DNA of 64,000 nucleotides from contig JBFLGF010000027.1 of NCBI GenBank assembly GCA_050230475.1, positions 1-64,000 on the forward strand, in the 5' to 3' direction. The first letter of the stretch is position 1; every line of letters starts with the position of its first letter. This stretch comes from Ancylonema sp. (Eukaryota). Positions 48,465 to 62,415 of this stretch are shown in pieces. The translations under genes were made by a program, and so were the position numbers. The notes under the pieces were generated by a model, which was given only the letters and a program-made list of their open reading frames with translations, made no database searches and was not told the origin of the DNA.

Positions 48465-49019
48465 CAGTAAACCCTTGATATAGTGACAATTTTATAGACA
48501 GGGGAAAATAATGTCACTACATCGAATGCCAGGGGTGTCACTATACACTATATAGTGACATTTGATAGGGCGACATTGAGCCAATGTCACTATATCGAAG
48601 GAAAGTGGAATTTAGGTTATTTTGAGCAACCAAATCAGGTGCGCAGAGTTTTTTATTGAAGAATGTAGGTCATTTGTACGGCGTTTCACCCGTTTGTTCT
48701 AATATCCACTCGATTCAAAAAACCTTTTTGAAGTAATAATGTCAGGACAGGTATAAAATATTAATTCAGACAGGTTATTAATTTATTATTTATTTGTTTT
48801 CTATAATATTTGGGAGGTTATTAATTTTCAACATGTTTGACTCTATAGTAACATCTCAATATTAAAATCTAGGAAAATTTGGTCACTGTAACGTGTGTCA
48901 CTATAGCGATTGTCACTATATCGAGTGGGTTTTTATATAGGATTAGAAAAAGAGCATAAAAAATGTCACTATATCGTGATTGTCACTATATCGAGTGTCA
49001 CTATATCAAGGGTTTACTG
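48465..49019. mobile_element. pogo/Tigger-like (Tc1/mariner superfamily) MITE, 555 bp
   Basis: Perfect 24-bp TIR CAGTAAACCCTTGATATAGTGACA, TA TSD, multiple internal GTCACTATATC repeats. Confidence 0.93.
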
Positions 49020-49529
49020 TAGTTCACTGCGCACGAGAGTTGCGCACGCGCGCGGCAAGCTTGTGCGAGCGCAAGCGTCGGGAACACGCGCGCGCGCCTC
49101 ACGGGAAAAGATCATCCTCAGTAAAGCGAGTGACTGTATCGAGAGTTTTCTGAAACGCACATCGGCTTTGTGTGCGCCAAATCGGCGCTCGCTCGGGTTT
49201 GACGCGCCAAAATTGAAAGCCTGCCAGAAGTTCCCGCGAGAAAGAGACGAGGAATCGAGTGGATCCTGACGAAAACAGCTGCTGCCGGCGTCGATGATGG
49301 ATGGAGTCTCTGTATTGTTCATTACGACACGTCTCTATCATCAAAATTAATGCGAAGCTTCGTTGAGACACCACTTGCATGTGCCTGGTGATCTTTGTGT
49401 CAACGTCGTTTGAAAGAGTCTGCTTTAGGTCTTTGGGACAAGCGTTGCAGCGAGTTTAAAGACAGCAGAAACTCACTTTGAGAAAGACGTCTTCGTCCGG
49501 AAACAAAAAGGAAGCTGCGAGGAGAAGAA

Positions 49530-52096
49530 ATGCATTCCTTGAGCCGGTTCCCACAACTTCGAACAACCACCTCATCCTTCCAAATTATTATTTTCTCTGT
49601 GGTTATATCTGCCTCCGTTTATGCTATTGTATCCTGGAACAACCGCTCTGTTTGGAAGAAAACAAATGCCAAGAAAAAGAACCAGGGGTGGAACTGGCGG
49701 ACTTCAGCTGGCAGGCAGATACCAGATGATGGAACTACCCAGGCTGTAAATGGCATTCCCGGTTGCGTTGGGAATACTCCCCTGCTTCGAATCAATAGCC
49801 TATCAGAGGCCACAGGGTGCGAGATTCTAGGAAAGGCAGAGTTCTTAAATCCAGGAGGCAGTGTGAAGGACCGAGTGGCATTGCAGATTCTTGACGAAGT
49901 AAGACCGCTTGCGCCCCCCTTATTTTTTCCCTATAAGTTCTCCTTACGTGAATTTGGTGTATAAAATGATGTTGTCGGGTTGGGGGAAAACATAATAATC
50001 TAGACAAGAATGCCGACTGTGATGTTCAATTCATCAGCATACTTGACTCACCAGGTTCCATGTCTGGTTGGCTGTTTCCTGTAGCTGGTAATGCAACTGT
50101 CATGTTCTACTGAAAACAAGCAGCCTATATGCAGCCTTGCGCTGCATTCAGGCTTTCCTTCAGGCTTTCCATTGTTTGTACGTGAATCTATCGGTCTGTT
50201 TAGGAAGGCCTGCAATCTGACACCACATATGACCTATCAATGCAGTCCCTCATTCTTTTCAGGCATTTGAAGCCGGATGGCTTCAGAAGGGTGGCCTCAT
50301 AACCGAGGGTTCTGCAGGCAGCACGGGCATCTCCTTGGCATTGATGGCAGCTGCTCGAGGCTGCAGGTGCTTCGTGGCGCTTCCAGATGATGCTGCTTCT
50401 GAGAAAGCAGAAATCATGCAAGCGTTGGGGGCACAAGTGGAGAAGGTGCGCCCGGTTTCCATCACGCATCAGGACCACTTTGTGCACGTGGCCAAGAGGA
50501 AAGCAGCAGAGGAGCAGGCAGCGTGGGAGAAGAGGTAGGGGGAATACAAACATCATAAAGACAAACATTATACGGGATAGGAGCGTGGAGCTAACTATGT
50601 TATGGAAGATGTTACGGTGAAGAAGGGGGCAGCATGGTGATGGAGGGAGTGATAGGCGGGAGGGGGTGAGATGATATTTGGATGGATAGCGATGCCATTC
50701 TCCCGGTCTTCTGGAGAAGCTTCTGGAGCCTTACTGCTGGGCTCCCTTTGCAACAGCTGTGGTCCTCTTGACGACACTTCCAGTGTTTGCAGTGCAGGCG
50801 GGTCGTCCACAGCTGGCCTCCCAACCAGTAGGGAGGGAACCGAGGGCGGTCACGGGGGTGGCTACTTTGCGGATCAGTTTGAGAACCTTGCCAACTTCCG
50901 CGCGCATTACAGTGGCACGGGCAGGGAGATCTGGGAGCAGACAGGTGGCAAGCTCACTGCGTTTGTGGCTGCAGCAGGGACAGGTGGCACGCTGGCGGGA
51001 GTGTCGTGCTACCTCAAGGTAACAAAGGACAATAACGGGTACCGATTACAAGCTCGGGTACCCGGATGCAAACAAAAATGCCTCTCCAGAGGCATAGTAT
51101 ATGTGGCCTCTCTGAGTCACAATTACAGGGAACCCTGTCTTAATTATTACTGTGCTAATTAATAACATGTCTTATCTGTTAAAAAACATTTCGCCCGATT
51201 TCGAGTTATCACCCAAGATTTGTCGTGTTCATGGTAACCTGTCTTGATTCATATTTTTTTCCGGTCCCAACAATCTAAATAAAAAACAGGTTCTACCGTA
51301 TCCAATATCGTAAAAGAAACATACAACTCATCCCGCCCTCCATGGGATCCATGTGTCCTCATTCAGGATCAGAATCCAGGTGTGCAGTGCTTCCTCATCG
51401 ACCCCCCCGGTTCTGGTTTGTACAACAAGGTCACCCGCGGCGTCATGTACACGCGGCAGGAGGCGGAAGGCAAGCGGTTGCGCAACCCGTTTGACACCAT
51501 CACAGAGGGCATCGGCATCAACCGCCTCACCAAAAACTTTGAGGCAGCAAGAGTGGACGGGGCGTTTCAGGGGACGGATCGGGAGGCTGTGGAAATGGCG
51601 CGGTGAGCAGCAGTCTTGGATGAAACGCCAGATGAGTGGTATCACTATTAACTATAATAATAAAATACTCTGTTGTTCTTAAGTTTCCGCTTTTGATTTC
51701 CTTGTTTGTTTATTTCTTGTTGTTGTTGTTGGTGTTGTTGTTGTTGTTGTTGTTTTTTTTTTTTTTTTTTTTTGAATAGAGACCACGCCTGATTTTTTGC
51801 CCAATGATCCCCTGCTCAGATACCTCCTGCGGGAAGACGGTTTGTTTGTGGGCAGTTCAGCGGCCATGAACTGCGTGGGGGCTGTGCGAGCGGCACGTCT
51901 CATTGGTCCAGGGAGCGTCATAGTCACGATTCTGTGTGATGGGGGCAACCGCCACCTCACCAAGTTTCATAACCCCCAGTATTTGGCCACTCACGGACTG
52001 ACACCTGAAGCCACAGGGCTGGAGTTTCTGGATGGGAAGAACGAAAGCGAAGTCGCGCAGGCTTCTCCGAGTGCGCCCGCAACAGTGGGATTGTGA
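49530..52096 (+). CDS. Cysteine synthase 2-like PLP-dependent enzyme with N-terminal hydrophobic anchor
   Basis: Exons 49530-49898, 50263-50534, ~50793-51018, 51367-51602, 51820-52096. [20 protein letters not shown] (PLP lysine), [56 protein letters not shown]. Confidence 0.94.
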
Positions 52097-52496
52097 TTAA
52101 AGAATGTTTCGTCCACTTTTGTAGAGGGAGGCTACAATTCTTGTTGGGCGCTCGTTGTGTTGGGTAGGCAGAACGACCTTGAGTAGGGTAATACGCAGGG
52201 GTAGGTGCAAAGTCTCTTTATGGTGGCAAAGAAAGAAAAAGTGGATATATATATATATATATATAGATCATGTTTGTGTCAAAAGCCGTCCCACATCCGT
52301 GGTAGGTATGTCATTCACATTTTGATCGTGTTTGTTAATCGTCCTTGAGCACAAAGAGGAGGTGGAAGATGTTTGTCATGTATCCGATTGATGTATTGTG
52401 GTAATCCGATAATCCGATTGATGTAAGTGTGCCAGCTAAAACTTCCGCTCTTGTTTGCCACTACATTAAAAAAACTAGGTAGAAGATGGATGTTCA

Positions 52497-52787
52497 CACA
52501 GTTGGGCCCGATCCGATCGGGGAATTTCCGCTCTTGCGCCGATCCGGATCGGACCCGATCCAGCGCCAGTTCGGATCTGAGGCGGTAAACATCAGGTGAA
52601 TATTGATAGCAAAAAAAAGTTGATTTGCGCCCATTATGGCGGAAAACCCCGCGAACGAGTATTTTATTTATTTATTTATCTTATCTCGTTGGGCCCGATC
52701 AGATCGGGAGATTTCGGATCCCGCGCCGATCCGGAACCGGTCTGATCCGGCGCCGATTCGGATCGGGAAGGATCGGGACCGATTGTG
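52497..52787. mobile_element. hAT-type MITE (CATAGTTGGGCC family), degenerate
   Basis: Ends CACAGTTGGGCCCGATC / GATCGGGACCGATTGTG. Flanks GATGTTCA / AATGATCA (6/8). GATCCG/CGGATC subterminal repeats. Confidence 0.6.
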
Positions 52788-53830
52788 AATGATCATAAGA
52801 AACTCGATGATGTACTTATTGCATCGGGAAAATGTGATTTCAAAACCTTCATGTGCTTGTCCCGCTGTTTCTATCATAGTTGGTCCCCGAGCTAGCGATT
52901 TTGCGAGCCGGTTCGGATCCGGCTTGCGCGCAAACTACTCAGAGCCGGGCTCGGAGGCGTGCGAGCGCAGCAGGACCCAAGGTAAAAAGAAAAGAAAAAA
53001 AAAACTTGATTTTTGGCCTCAAAATGGGTGCTTATGAACGTTACCAACAAAGTTTTAACAAACATGAAAACGTAGCCTTACATCAGAAGTTATAAGTTGT
53101 AGATAGTCGCCGTATGATGTGTATTTGTTGGACTGCATTATACCATGTTATGTGTTGCATTCTTCGATGTGATTTCATTCACGAGGTGCGTATTCGGACA
53201 CTATCAACGAATATAAGAGCATAGAAAAAAAAATGACAAACCATACAAACCACTGTAATGGTCGAATGGAATAAATTTTGAGCGGTCGTGGGACAATAGT
53301 ATAAAAACAAAGTCGCAATCCGTTCTATGGTTGCCACATCTTGTCTATCGGTGGAAAGTATCATGATGATACTATCATCCCGAACAATGCCATGTGCGAA
53401 ATGATTGTGTGTCCTCTGAAAAAGGAATCATAGCGAACAACAAGATTAAATTACGAGTACCGTACTGGCCATATAGAACGGCCGGGGTAAGAAAAAAACA
53501 ATGAATTGTTGTCGTGACCCACCAACTTGACCCGGGCAAAATATATTTATCATCCCGTGACCCAAAATTATGACCCGGGTAAAAAATATTTACTATGCCG
53601 TGAGTCACGGCATAGTAAATATTTTGCCCATTTAAACATTTTGCTTGCCGGGTCACGGCCCGTGACCCGGCAAGCAAAATGACCCACCCCAAAACAACTC
53701 GTGATTTTTGCCGCATCAGTACCGTAATAATTATGATACTGCAAACCTTGGGGGGGTAACTCTCGGCCGTCATTTTCTTTCTGGTTTTCCGGGTTTTTGT
53801 TTTTTTTGCACCACACCGTTCACTATACAC

Positions 53831-54505
53831 CATAGTTGCACTAACCGGCTGTTTTTTTTTTTGGGAACCGGTTCCCAGATGGAACCGTTTCGGAACCGGA
53901 CGAACCGGGTGATCTTTAGGGTTTTCCTCCTTCCCGCGGTACAATATTTTTTCCCTCCCAAAAAAAACACGCTAGGAAAATATATCGTTGTACATGTTCA
54001 TGTTGGTGTCTCCACGTCACTTTGAGACGCTAAAATTGTTCAATATTTCATCGGGAAAATATGGTATGGCCATTGCAAGTTCCAATTTGCTTTCTTTTGC
54101 GCCATGGCAGAACATGGTGCAATTTCATTGGCCGAAAACACCACCCGCCCTCCCACTTTGGCATACACATCCGGTTTTGAAGAAGCGAGAGATGTGGAAG
54201 GTAGAGGAGAAGAGTAAAATTATAAAAGTAGAGTTTTGAGAGCACGATTTGAAAGAGAAAATACATGAAAGGTTGAAGCATATGTCAGATGCCAGTAGAT
54301 TACGGGAAAAAAATCTTCTCGCAACATTTTCACATGGAAGTATGACACGGAAATGGAAATGAGTAAGATACAGCTTGCAGATAAGCGAGAAAAACAGACA
54401 AATGCACCAAAAATCATGAGGGTGTACTCATGCGGAAAATCGTTCTGATTCTTTTTACAACGGACATTTTTTTTTTTTTTTTTTTGGAGAGAACATGACG
54501 AGCTA

Positions 54506-54545
<40 letters not shown>

Positions 54546-54691
54546 GATTTTTCCCGGGCGATTTAAACCCTCAAATTGACGTCTAAGTAAAAAATCCCTA
54601 AATCATCCGGTTCCGAACTGCAACCACTTTTGTCGGAACCGGTTCCATCTGAGATACGGTTCGGAAACGGTTCGGATTTCGCGCAACTATG
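53831..54691. mobile_element. CATAGTTGC-family MITE with GAACCGGTTC subterminal repeats
   Basis: CATAGTTGCAC ... GCGCAACTATG ends. GGAACCGGTTCC motifs near both ends. TSD not clean. Confidence 0.55.
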
Positions 54692-54724
54692 ATGCACACG
54701 AAAAAAACCGTTTATTTTCCCTTT

Positions 54725-55950
54725 ATCTCAAATTTATTCGCCGTTCATCCGTTCACTTGACACTTCAAAAAGCCGTTTACTTTCATTGATCTCAAATTGA
54801 TTTGCCGTTCATCCGTTCAGTTTAAACTAAAAAATCCGTTCACTTTCATCCATCTCAAATTTTGCAGGGATGCACCGGGACGGCAAAAAGGTCTGCAAAC
54901 GCCGTTTTGCAAACACGGACGTACGACATCCGTCCGTACGGCAAAAGTGTTGCAAACGTTTGCAAAACGTTTGCATTTTGCAAACGTTTTGCAAACGTTT
55001 GCATTTTGCAAACGTCCGCAAATTCCTAGATAGGCCCGTTCCCGGCTAAGCCGTAAACCCAATATATCCGGCGGACTCACTATTTTGTCGTACCCCCATT
55101 TTGTCCCCGTCAGTTTGTTGTGTCCCCGTTTATGTCATCATTACATTTCCCCCGTGTTTTCCTTGTTCCCGTCGTTTTGTCGTGTAGCATAATGACGTGT
55201 CTTCCGTTCCACCATCGGATCTTGGCCCGTAGCCCGTCTCCCGTTCGATCATAGATTCTGTTTGTCGTGTGTGAGACAGAATCTTTCAGTTTTCTTAAAT
55301 ATCTAGCATCTGACGGGTGAGCATCGTTCACGACCCTGTCCCATCCCCCGATGCCGTCCGAATCCCCTGTTGTCAGCAGATTTTGTACACATTCACGACC
55401 GAATCTACCTGTTTTTATAAAAATCCGGAGTCATTAGTACGGTCATGTACGGACATGTACGGACTGTACGAACGCAAACGTTTGCAAGCGCAAACGTTTG
55501 TATCCGTACAGTCCGTACCCGTTTGCCGCATTTCACGGCCGTATTCCGGACGTTTGCGGGCAAATCCGTAGCCGTTTGCATTTGCCAGGGCCGGCAGATT
55601 GCCCTCGCTCGGCAAAACGGGCCCCGGCCCGGTGCATCACTGCTCCTGTCCCCGTCGGATCCTCAAATTTGTTCGCCATTTATCCGTTCACTTCACACCC
55701 CGAAATCTATTCACTTTCATTTTATATAAATTTTTTTCGCCGTTCATCCATTCACTTTACTCTAGAAAATCCGTTCACTTTTCGTTCATCTCAAATCTAT
55801 TCGCCGCGCATCCGTTCACTTCACATTGAGAATTCCGTCCTCTTTCTTGTATCTCAAATTTATTCGCCGTTCATCCGTCCACTTTACACCAAGAAATCCG
55901 TTCACTTTCCTTAATCTCAATTTATTCGCCGTTCATCCGTTCGCTTTCGT
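54725..55950. repeat. ~63-bp minisatellite (about 8 units), interrupted by a hAT element
   Basis: A unit beginning ATCTCAAATTTATTCGCCGTTCATCCGTTCAC recurs at ~54725, 54789, 54852 (cut), 55659, 55724, 55788, 55851 and 55914. Confidence 0.85.
54865..55642. mobile_element. Non-autonomous hAT element, same family as 21316-22128
   Basis: TIR CAGGGATGCACCGGGACGG / CCGGCCCGGTGCATCACTG. Interior is collinear with 21316-22128. No TSD seen. Confidence 0.88.
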
Positions 55951-56983
55951 TCAAAAACCTTATCTCGGTGCGGTGCGTTGTCGGCTCTAGATTGCGGCTC
56001 TGCAGACTGTAGTAGACTCTTAGACTTGAACACATACTCTTAGATCACAACTGTATTTTTAGACTTGTCGCTGATCATCATGATTTTTTTTTCGTTGTAT
56101 AAATATATTATGAGAGATCCCGAAGAGATAAAGGCGAATGCTTTGAAAGTAGAAAGTGAGTGTGTGGAGACATCCGCATGCTTTCAGTTTTTCAATTTTC
56201 CCACAATTTTCGGGATTTTGAAAGGTGTAGTGCGGTTTAAAATTTATGGAAAGTCTATGTTGTTTATCATGTTGGCTTGTGCATGGTGCAGAAGTAAAAG
56301 AAAAATGAACACCTTCATTATTCCCCGACATGTCCACCCCCCCCCCTAAACTTGCGAAAAGGAAATCGATTAGGCCGCTACCGAACCACGATTGATCTTG
56401 GGCGACCGGGATCCAACCACATATGTATTGTGAGGAAAAAGCCGAATAAAATCGATTTTATGATGTTGACCCATTACGCCGGATTTCGGAATTTATGGCG
56501 TGACCCAACCACCAAAAATGGATTATTGAAGTCACTTATGTATGTTTACCGTATAGGTAAACATGAACCACACTCATTGCATATCGAACATCATCTTCTT
56601 CTTAAAACAAACCGGTAACCTCAAATAAAGTAATGTACTAGTCTAAGTTAATGTGCTAGTTAAAGTACTAGATTAGGACTACTAACTACCACTTCAACTT
56701 GCAACATGTGCCTTTCAAATACCCATAAATATCTACATCGCTACACTACCCATTGCACTATCTTGTGAGAAGCGTGTTAAACGTAGTGCACGTAACTCAC
56801 ACTCCACAAACTTCTATATTCTTATTTTAACACCGTAGAGCCTGGTTGATGTACTCGTCATCTGTTTCTAACAATGAGTACAATTCCATGTGTCACGGCC
56901 TTTCCCTTTCTCTTTTCCTATGCCCTTTGCTATCAGATCGTAATGACTTTTCAAATACTTGACAAATCGGGGTCCATGATGAA

Positions 56984-57345
56984 CATAGTTGCACGGACAT
57001 GAAAATTTGTTTTTTCGGACCGCGGTCGGACCGGGTCCAGAGTCGGGACTAAGTCGGACCGGGGATCTTTTAGGGTTTTTATTTCCCGGACAACTTTTGT
57101 AGGAAAATGGACATGTCGGGGAATATGTAAGGTGTACAATTTTCTGGCACTTTTCCGCAGAAGCCATAATGAAAAATACACTATATTTTTCTGGTTTTTT
57201 TAATTCACGGGTAAACCTTTCAAAAGCCAGAAAGAAAAACCGAAAGTATCTTACTACTGCCGGTCCGGCATTTTGTCCTAGAAGGATGGACCTCTGTCCG
57301 GAATCGGGACCTCAGAACCCCAGCCCGCCAGTCCGTGCAACTATG
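56984..57345. mobile_element. hAT-type MITE, 362 bp
   Basis: Perfect 15-bp TIR CATAGTTGCACGGAC and perfect 8-bp TSD ATGATGAA. Confidence 0.93.
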
Positions 57346-58291
57346 ATGATGAAATGAACAATGTTTTTCGATCAATCTTGTCCTGCCGTGCAATGAGGTA
57401 TCCTGAGTCAGCTTTGTCGCCTCACGCCATGGCTGCTGAAGGGAAGGTGTGGAGACGGTGCGCATGTGTTCGTTACTCAAGGTTTTGGATCACGGGGTCT
57501 GCTACTATTTGTGGCATGGCGCTCGAAGTTTGGGGTCCGCCGATGAAACGACCCATCTATAACGAATCAATATTAGCTGTTAATGTTTCGTGTGAAAAAA
57601 ATCGGGTGATTTATACGTAGTGGCGAAAATTACTTCACTATGTTCGGTACGTACTGCCCGAAATATGTACCTGCTTGGCAAGGGAGAATTTATTTGCAGT
57701 CGCAGTCACCACCTCAGAGCCGGGCTCGAAAAAAATTGCGAGCGGAACAGGACTAGCTATGGTTTCTATCCTATGGTACAAACGCATATACAATAACATC
57801 AAGTGTTGAAGTGTTGGTGGTGGTGGGTGGTAAGGATGCTTGCATTTCAGGTTTGAAATCCGATTAACAAGATTTACGTAGGTTTATCGCACACATCAAT
57901 CTGTATCCAAGCTTGTTATCAACATAGATCCGTGTGATAAATAGAACGGCAAAGCTGAGACGCACACCCAATCCATTCACCAACAAGAAAATATTCTTCT
58001 TTAGGAGGTCACCAAGTTGTACAACAAGGGTAATAACCATTCTTGCAATCTCGAACAGCAGTAATAATGACAATTAAAAACGCTGAGTGCGCACACTACA
58101 ACCGCATCCAAACCAATCGACAACCAAACTTTCTACCACCCCTCAACTTCCTACATGCCAACGACTAGCTCATATCGATACAAAGCGCCCCTAGTGTCCC
58201 TAGCCGTCCCAATGACCAATGACATGAAGACAAGCCATAACGTCTTTCCTCCCTGGCCCGAAAAAACTTCAACCCCCCCCCTCTCTCCTCT

Positions 58292-60790
58292 CTAATTGAT
58301 GTCGAAATGCCCGGACGGTGTAGCTTTCAACGGAGCCCTCCCCCCCGGTCCATAATTCGGATTCGAGTTCGATCTCACGGGCATCGCTCCCAAATCGGAT
58401 GCCATGTCCACCAAGTCCATGCCCCCAAATATCTCATCCGTTGTCGTCCCAATGGCCGCCGTGGCTTTGGACAGCGGCACGTGCCTCAACCTCCCGTCCT
58501 CCAGCTGGGTTGCAATCCCCAACCGCAACAACTGGTCTGCCGCGTCCTCCACATCGAACTGCACATTCTCGCCAAACATACGCTCCATGAACTGCTCACA
58601 GCGGTCGTCCAGGTCCTGAACCCCACAAACCCCTTCAAATGAATACGGGTGACCTGCGCCTTCCAGACGCAGCAGTGTACCTGTACAGGCACCGTTCCCC
58701 TCTCTACAGGCACCTCTTTCTATAGGCGAAGCCTCTGCGTAGGCACAAGGCTTTGGGAATGAGGTCCGCATACCTTCTACATTCTATATGCCGTAAAAGC
58801 ACATGCTTTTCCTAGGCACCAAAACACCCTCCCACCCACAGAGTGTGCCTATAGAGAGGGACAACAGTACTCCCTCCCCCCACCCTCAGTCGCATCCGTA
58901 CCACTTTGGTAGCATCGTTGGTGGTGAGCAGTATGAAGTAGGCCATCATGGTCTCCTTGATCTCCTGCTGGAGAACGTCGTCGCACAGGTGGAGGAGGGT
59001 CCCCATGCCCGAATCCAGTTGTTTGTCGTACATGATCTGCTGGATGAGCGCTCGGTAGGCGGCCATAGACGCGTTCCACGCCAGGTACAGCTTCATGACG
59101 TAGGTCAGCACGGCCACCAGGATGCCGCCCATCACGGAGTAACTCAGACCCGCTTTTGCCGCCGTGAAGATGGCGAGCTGTAGTTAGAGGGGGAGGCAGG
59201 GGGGAGACACGTGGTAGGGACCAGTCAGGAGAGTGGACAGGTTGCAGGCTGTCAGTGGTCCGTTTCTGCTCACCACTCCGCAGAGGAGAGTGACGCCGAA
59301 GCTGATGGCGTCCACTTTGGTGAGGCCGGGCACCTGCTTCTCGGGCAAAACGATTTCCATGTCGGCCATGGGGATGTGGCGGAAGTGCTTTATCACGATG
59401 CTGCGATCCTCCCCCTCCGTCTCCCGCAGTGGGCGGTAGAGTAGGATCATGTGCTCAAACGTGGGCTCCTGGATGGTGGTGAGGGAGGTGAAGAAGGGGA
59501 AGTTGAGGCGCATGTGACCCAAATGGATGCGCTCGATAGAAATGGCGTCTTTGGCTTTTGAGCTATCCAGGGGACCGCGCGTGTCGTGGATGATGGGGTC
59601 CCAAGATTTGCGCTTGCGCAGACTGCACCCCCCCCCCCACAGGATATGGTTCAGGACACCCCTATGCTTGCTGCTTGCCACGTTACCCCTTCCCCATAGC
59701 GAGTATGAAGTAGGACTGACCACAGGCACCACAGTAGTGTTCCCCAGATGGAGTCTAGGAGTAGGTCCAGTTTTTGCATCCAGAAGTGGTCCGTCACTTG
59801 GTCAATGCCGACACCGCGGCGGAAAAGGAGGTACTGGAAAAGAAACAGAAGCCACAGGAGGCCGTGAGCTCATGAGCCCACCACGATGTCGTCTCTTCTG
59901 TTGACCCCCACTCCTCTGTTCCCTCACCTTGTCCGCATAGTCGGGCTTGTGCTCCATCGGGTATTTATCGAAAAAGCGCGTCATCAGCGCGTCGTCCAGC
60001 TGGCACCACCCTCCACCCTCCAATCACTTCCCCACCCCATGCTGGTGCAGTCTCCTGAGTCCATGAGCCCAAGAGCCTATGAGCCCCTACCTTGGATTCG
60101 TCGATTTCGATGGGCAAGCTTAGAAGATACTCTCCTTGCAGCGCTACCTCCGTCTCCGCGTCGCTGACCATCTTGAAGTTGCTCTTGTTCATCACGTGCA
60201 AAAGGAGGCGAAGGAACCTCGTCTCCAGGCGGGGAAGCTGCTCGGGCGTGTACCCGAGGTCCTCCAACCGCTCCCCGGAATTCACGGGGTCAAACAGGCG
60301 GTACAGGTGCTGACAACCAACAATCCGACACCTGTCAGAATGTAGTTCGACGGGCAGAATCTTTTTGCGAGAGTCCGTGAGATGACACTGACCGGAAATC
60401 GGGCTGAATACCAGCTGCAAATATCCGTCACAGTATAGAGCTGCAGCTTACCAGCATCTCTTCGAAGAGGTTCTTGTACCAGGCGCGGATGGTGGAATCC
60501 ATTCGAAGAAAGAGAGTCTGCAGCTCCTTGGCACCGACGGGATCTGTGGGCGGAAGCAGAGGATGAAAAGGATAAACAGTCTGGAAATCCTGGATATTCC
60601 TGGAAATCGCGAAGGGAAGGTGAGTGCGTCTACAGACCTAGCTGCTTGGTGAGAGTTTCGAGGAGCTGATTCTTTGTGGTGTGGATGACAGCCTCCTTTT
60701 CAATTCGGAGGATATCCAGACGGTGCTGGAGGACGTCCTTGGACAGCGAAGTCTTCTCCACCAATTGACAGGCGACACGTAGTGCTGAGG
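58292..60790 (-). CDS. DUF3754 / TMEM143-like protein
   Basis: At least 8 exons: LRIEKEAVI; TIRAWY...FEEML; LYRLFDPV...MNKSNFK...YLLSLPIEIDESK; YLLFRRGVGID; TIQEPTF...KHFRHIPMADMEIVLPEK; MYDKQLDSGMGTLLHLCDDVLQQEIKE; DLDDRCE...FDVEDA. The 5' end is unresolved and may extend to an ATG near 61485. Confidence 0.9.
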
Positions 60791-62415
60791 GGACAGGGGA
60801 ATGTGATAAACACACTGTTGGCATGAACTGGAAGATGCGTGGAAACGTAACAGAGCTTGTTCCGGGAGATGAAATAGTATATCGAAGTGACGCGTCAGCT
60901 TCTGTCAACATAGCCGTTTCATGGTTGCGAAACGCAGGGAATTCACAATGCACGCGAATATCCAATCAAGCGGGCCAGGCCTGAGCAGGAGAGAGCACGT
61001 ACCATAAATTGGTCCTTCGAGCTTTTCCCTGTGATGATGGACCGCTGACCTTTCTGCAGAAACCCCTCCAATACTCTACAGTCAGCTGAGTTTCAGCTAG
61101 GTATACCGTTTGTGGCGATAATCCCGAGCAATACAGTCTGTCGAGGCACACATGCAGATCTTGAACATGTTGAAGTAAACATATGGTTTTTCTTTGTCGA
61201 TAATTAAGTTAACATTGCAGATAGCCATAAGTTCGAATAATCTATTCGAGCGGCATTGGCGTCAAGTCACGGGCCTGCGGAGCAGGGGACTCGTCTGTAG
61301 CTGGTACTTGTTCTTCGCAATAACTATGGCCGCCAAAGATTGATACAAGGTGTATTTTTTTTTGGCTGAATTATTGACTTAACAACTCCAGCGCCATCTG
61401 GCACGGGAGAACGCAGCAGCGCTCTTTCCGTGGTGTTCGACTCGACAATAGTGGGCAGAAGGGTTTGCCGAGGATCCGAATCCATTTCAGACAGTCGACA
61501 AAGACAATTTCAACGTCCCTCGCCCAGGTATCTTTCAAGCTACGGCACGGTGCTCAGCAAAACCTGTGGTTTTTTTACAGTCTGAGTGATCTTCTCTCAA
61601 CTTCCTGCGATGCTTAAACGAGACGCCTGAACAGAAGATGGGTGGCAAGAAGTCCTGTCATCGTGACCCCATCACTTCCTCTCTGTAGCAAATATCTGCC
61701 GTCAAGCCCGGCATGCCGGTCGCCGCTAGCTGCCAACGAAGCGAGGTCCTGCCAGAGATGCGGTATAAAAATACCTCGGTACAACGACACACAACCAGGA
61801 CAATGTTTCCAGTGTATGACGTCGATTCGTTATAAAGTGAGTGGCGGTCTACCCTTAACCCGTAACCCGGCATCCAGAAACCGGGTTAATAACCCGCAAT
61901 GACCCCGAATAGCCCTCGTACCCGAAAATACCCGGAATACCCCAGGGTATTTGAGGGTATTTGAGGGATTCCAGGGTACATCAGGGTAGGTTATGGTACG
62001 TTCTTCCGGAACGTACCATTTGAATTTGTCATTTATAGGTCTCTTATCGCCTAATTTTCAGTTACGAATTTGTGCGGCCTGGCTGTGGCCAAGAAAACCT
62101 TGTTGCAAATGCCGCGAACCCTATCCCCTCTGTCGGCGACAAGTTTTCGCTGGCAGCTTAGAGAGTTTCGAGGCTGCCTGAATCGGACTTGTTTAGTGGT
62201 CGTGGATAGCTATGTGGGTGGGTGGCTGTTTTTTTTGTTGAGGATTGGGGACACAATAGCAACTATTTTACGTCATTTCACTTGATACGCAAGAGTCAGT
62301 TGGTGAAGAAGAACCATCTCATGAGAAATGTGTGGATCTCTTTCGGCGGAATATGGATCTTTCGGAAGAATAAGATGAGCGAGTCACTATGGTTGACGTG
62401 CTCCATGTTATTTAC

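Noticed and set aside
54725..55950. CRISPR-like appearance of the regular repeats
   Set aside because: The variable halves are homologous to each other rather than unique spacers, there are no cas genes, and the context is eukaryotic.
61850..62000. ACCC/GGGT-rich fold-back resembling telomeric repeats
   Set aside because: It is not a tandem TTTAGGG/TTAGGG array. It is likely a MITE remnant, but its ends could not be defined.
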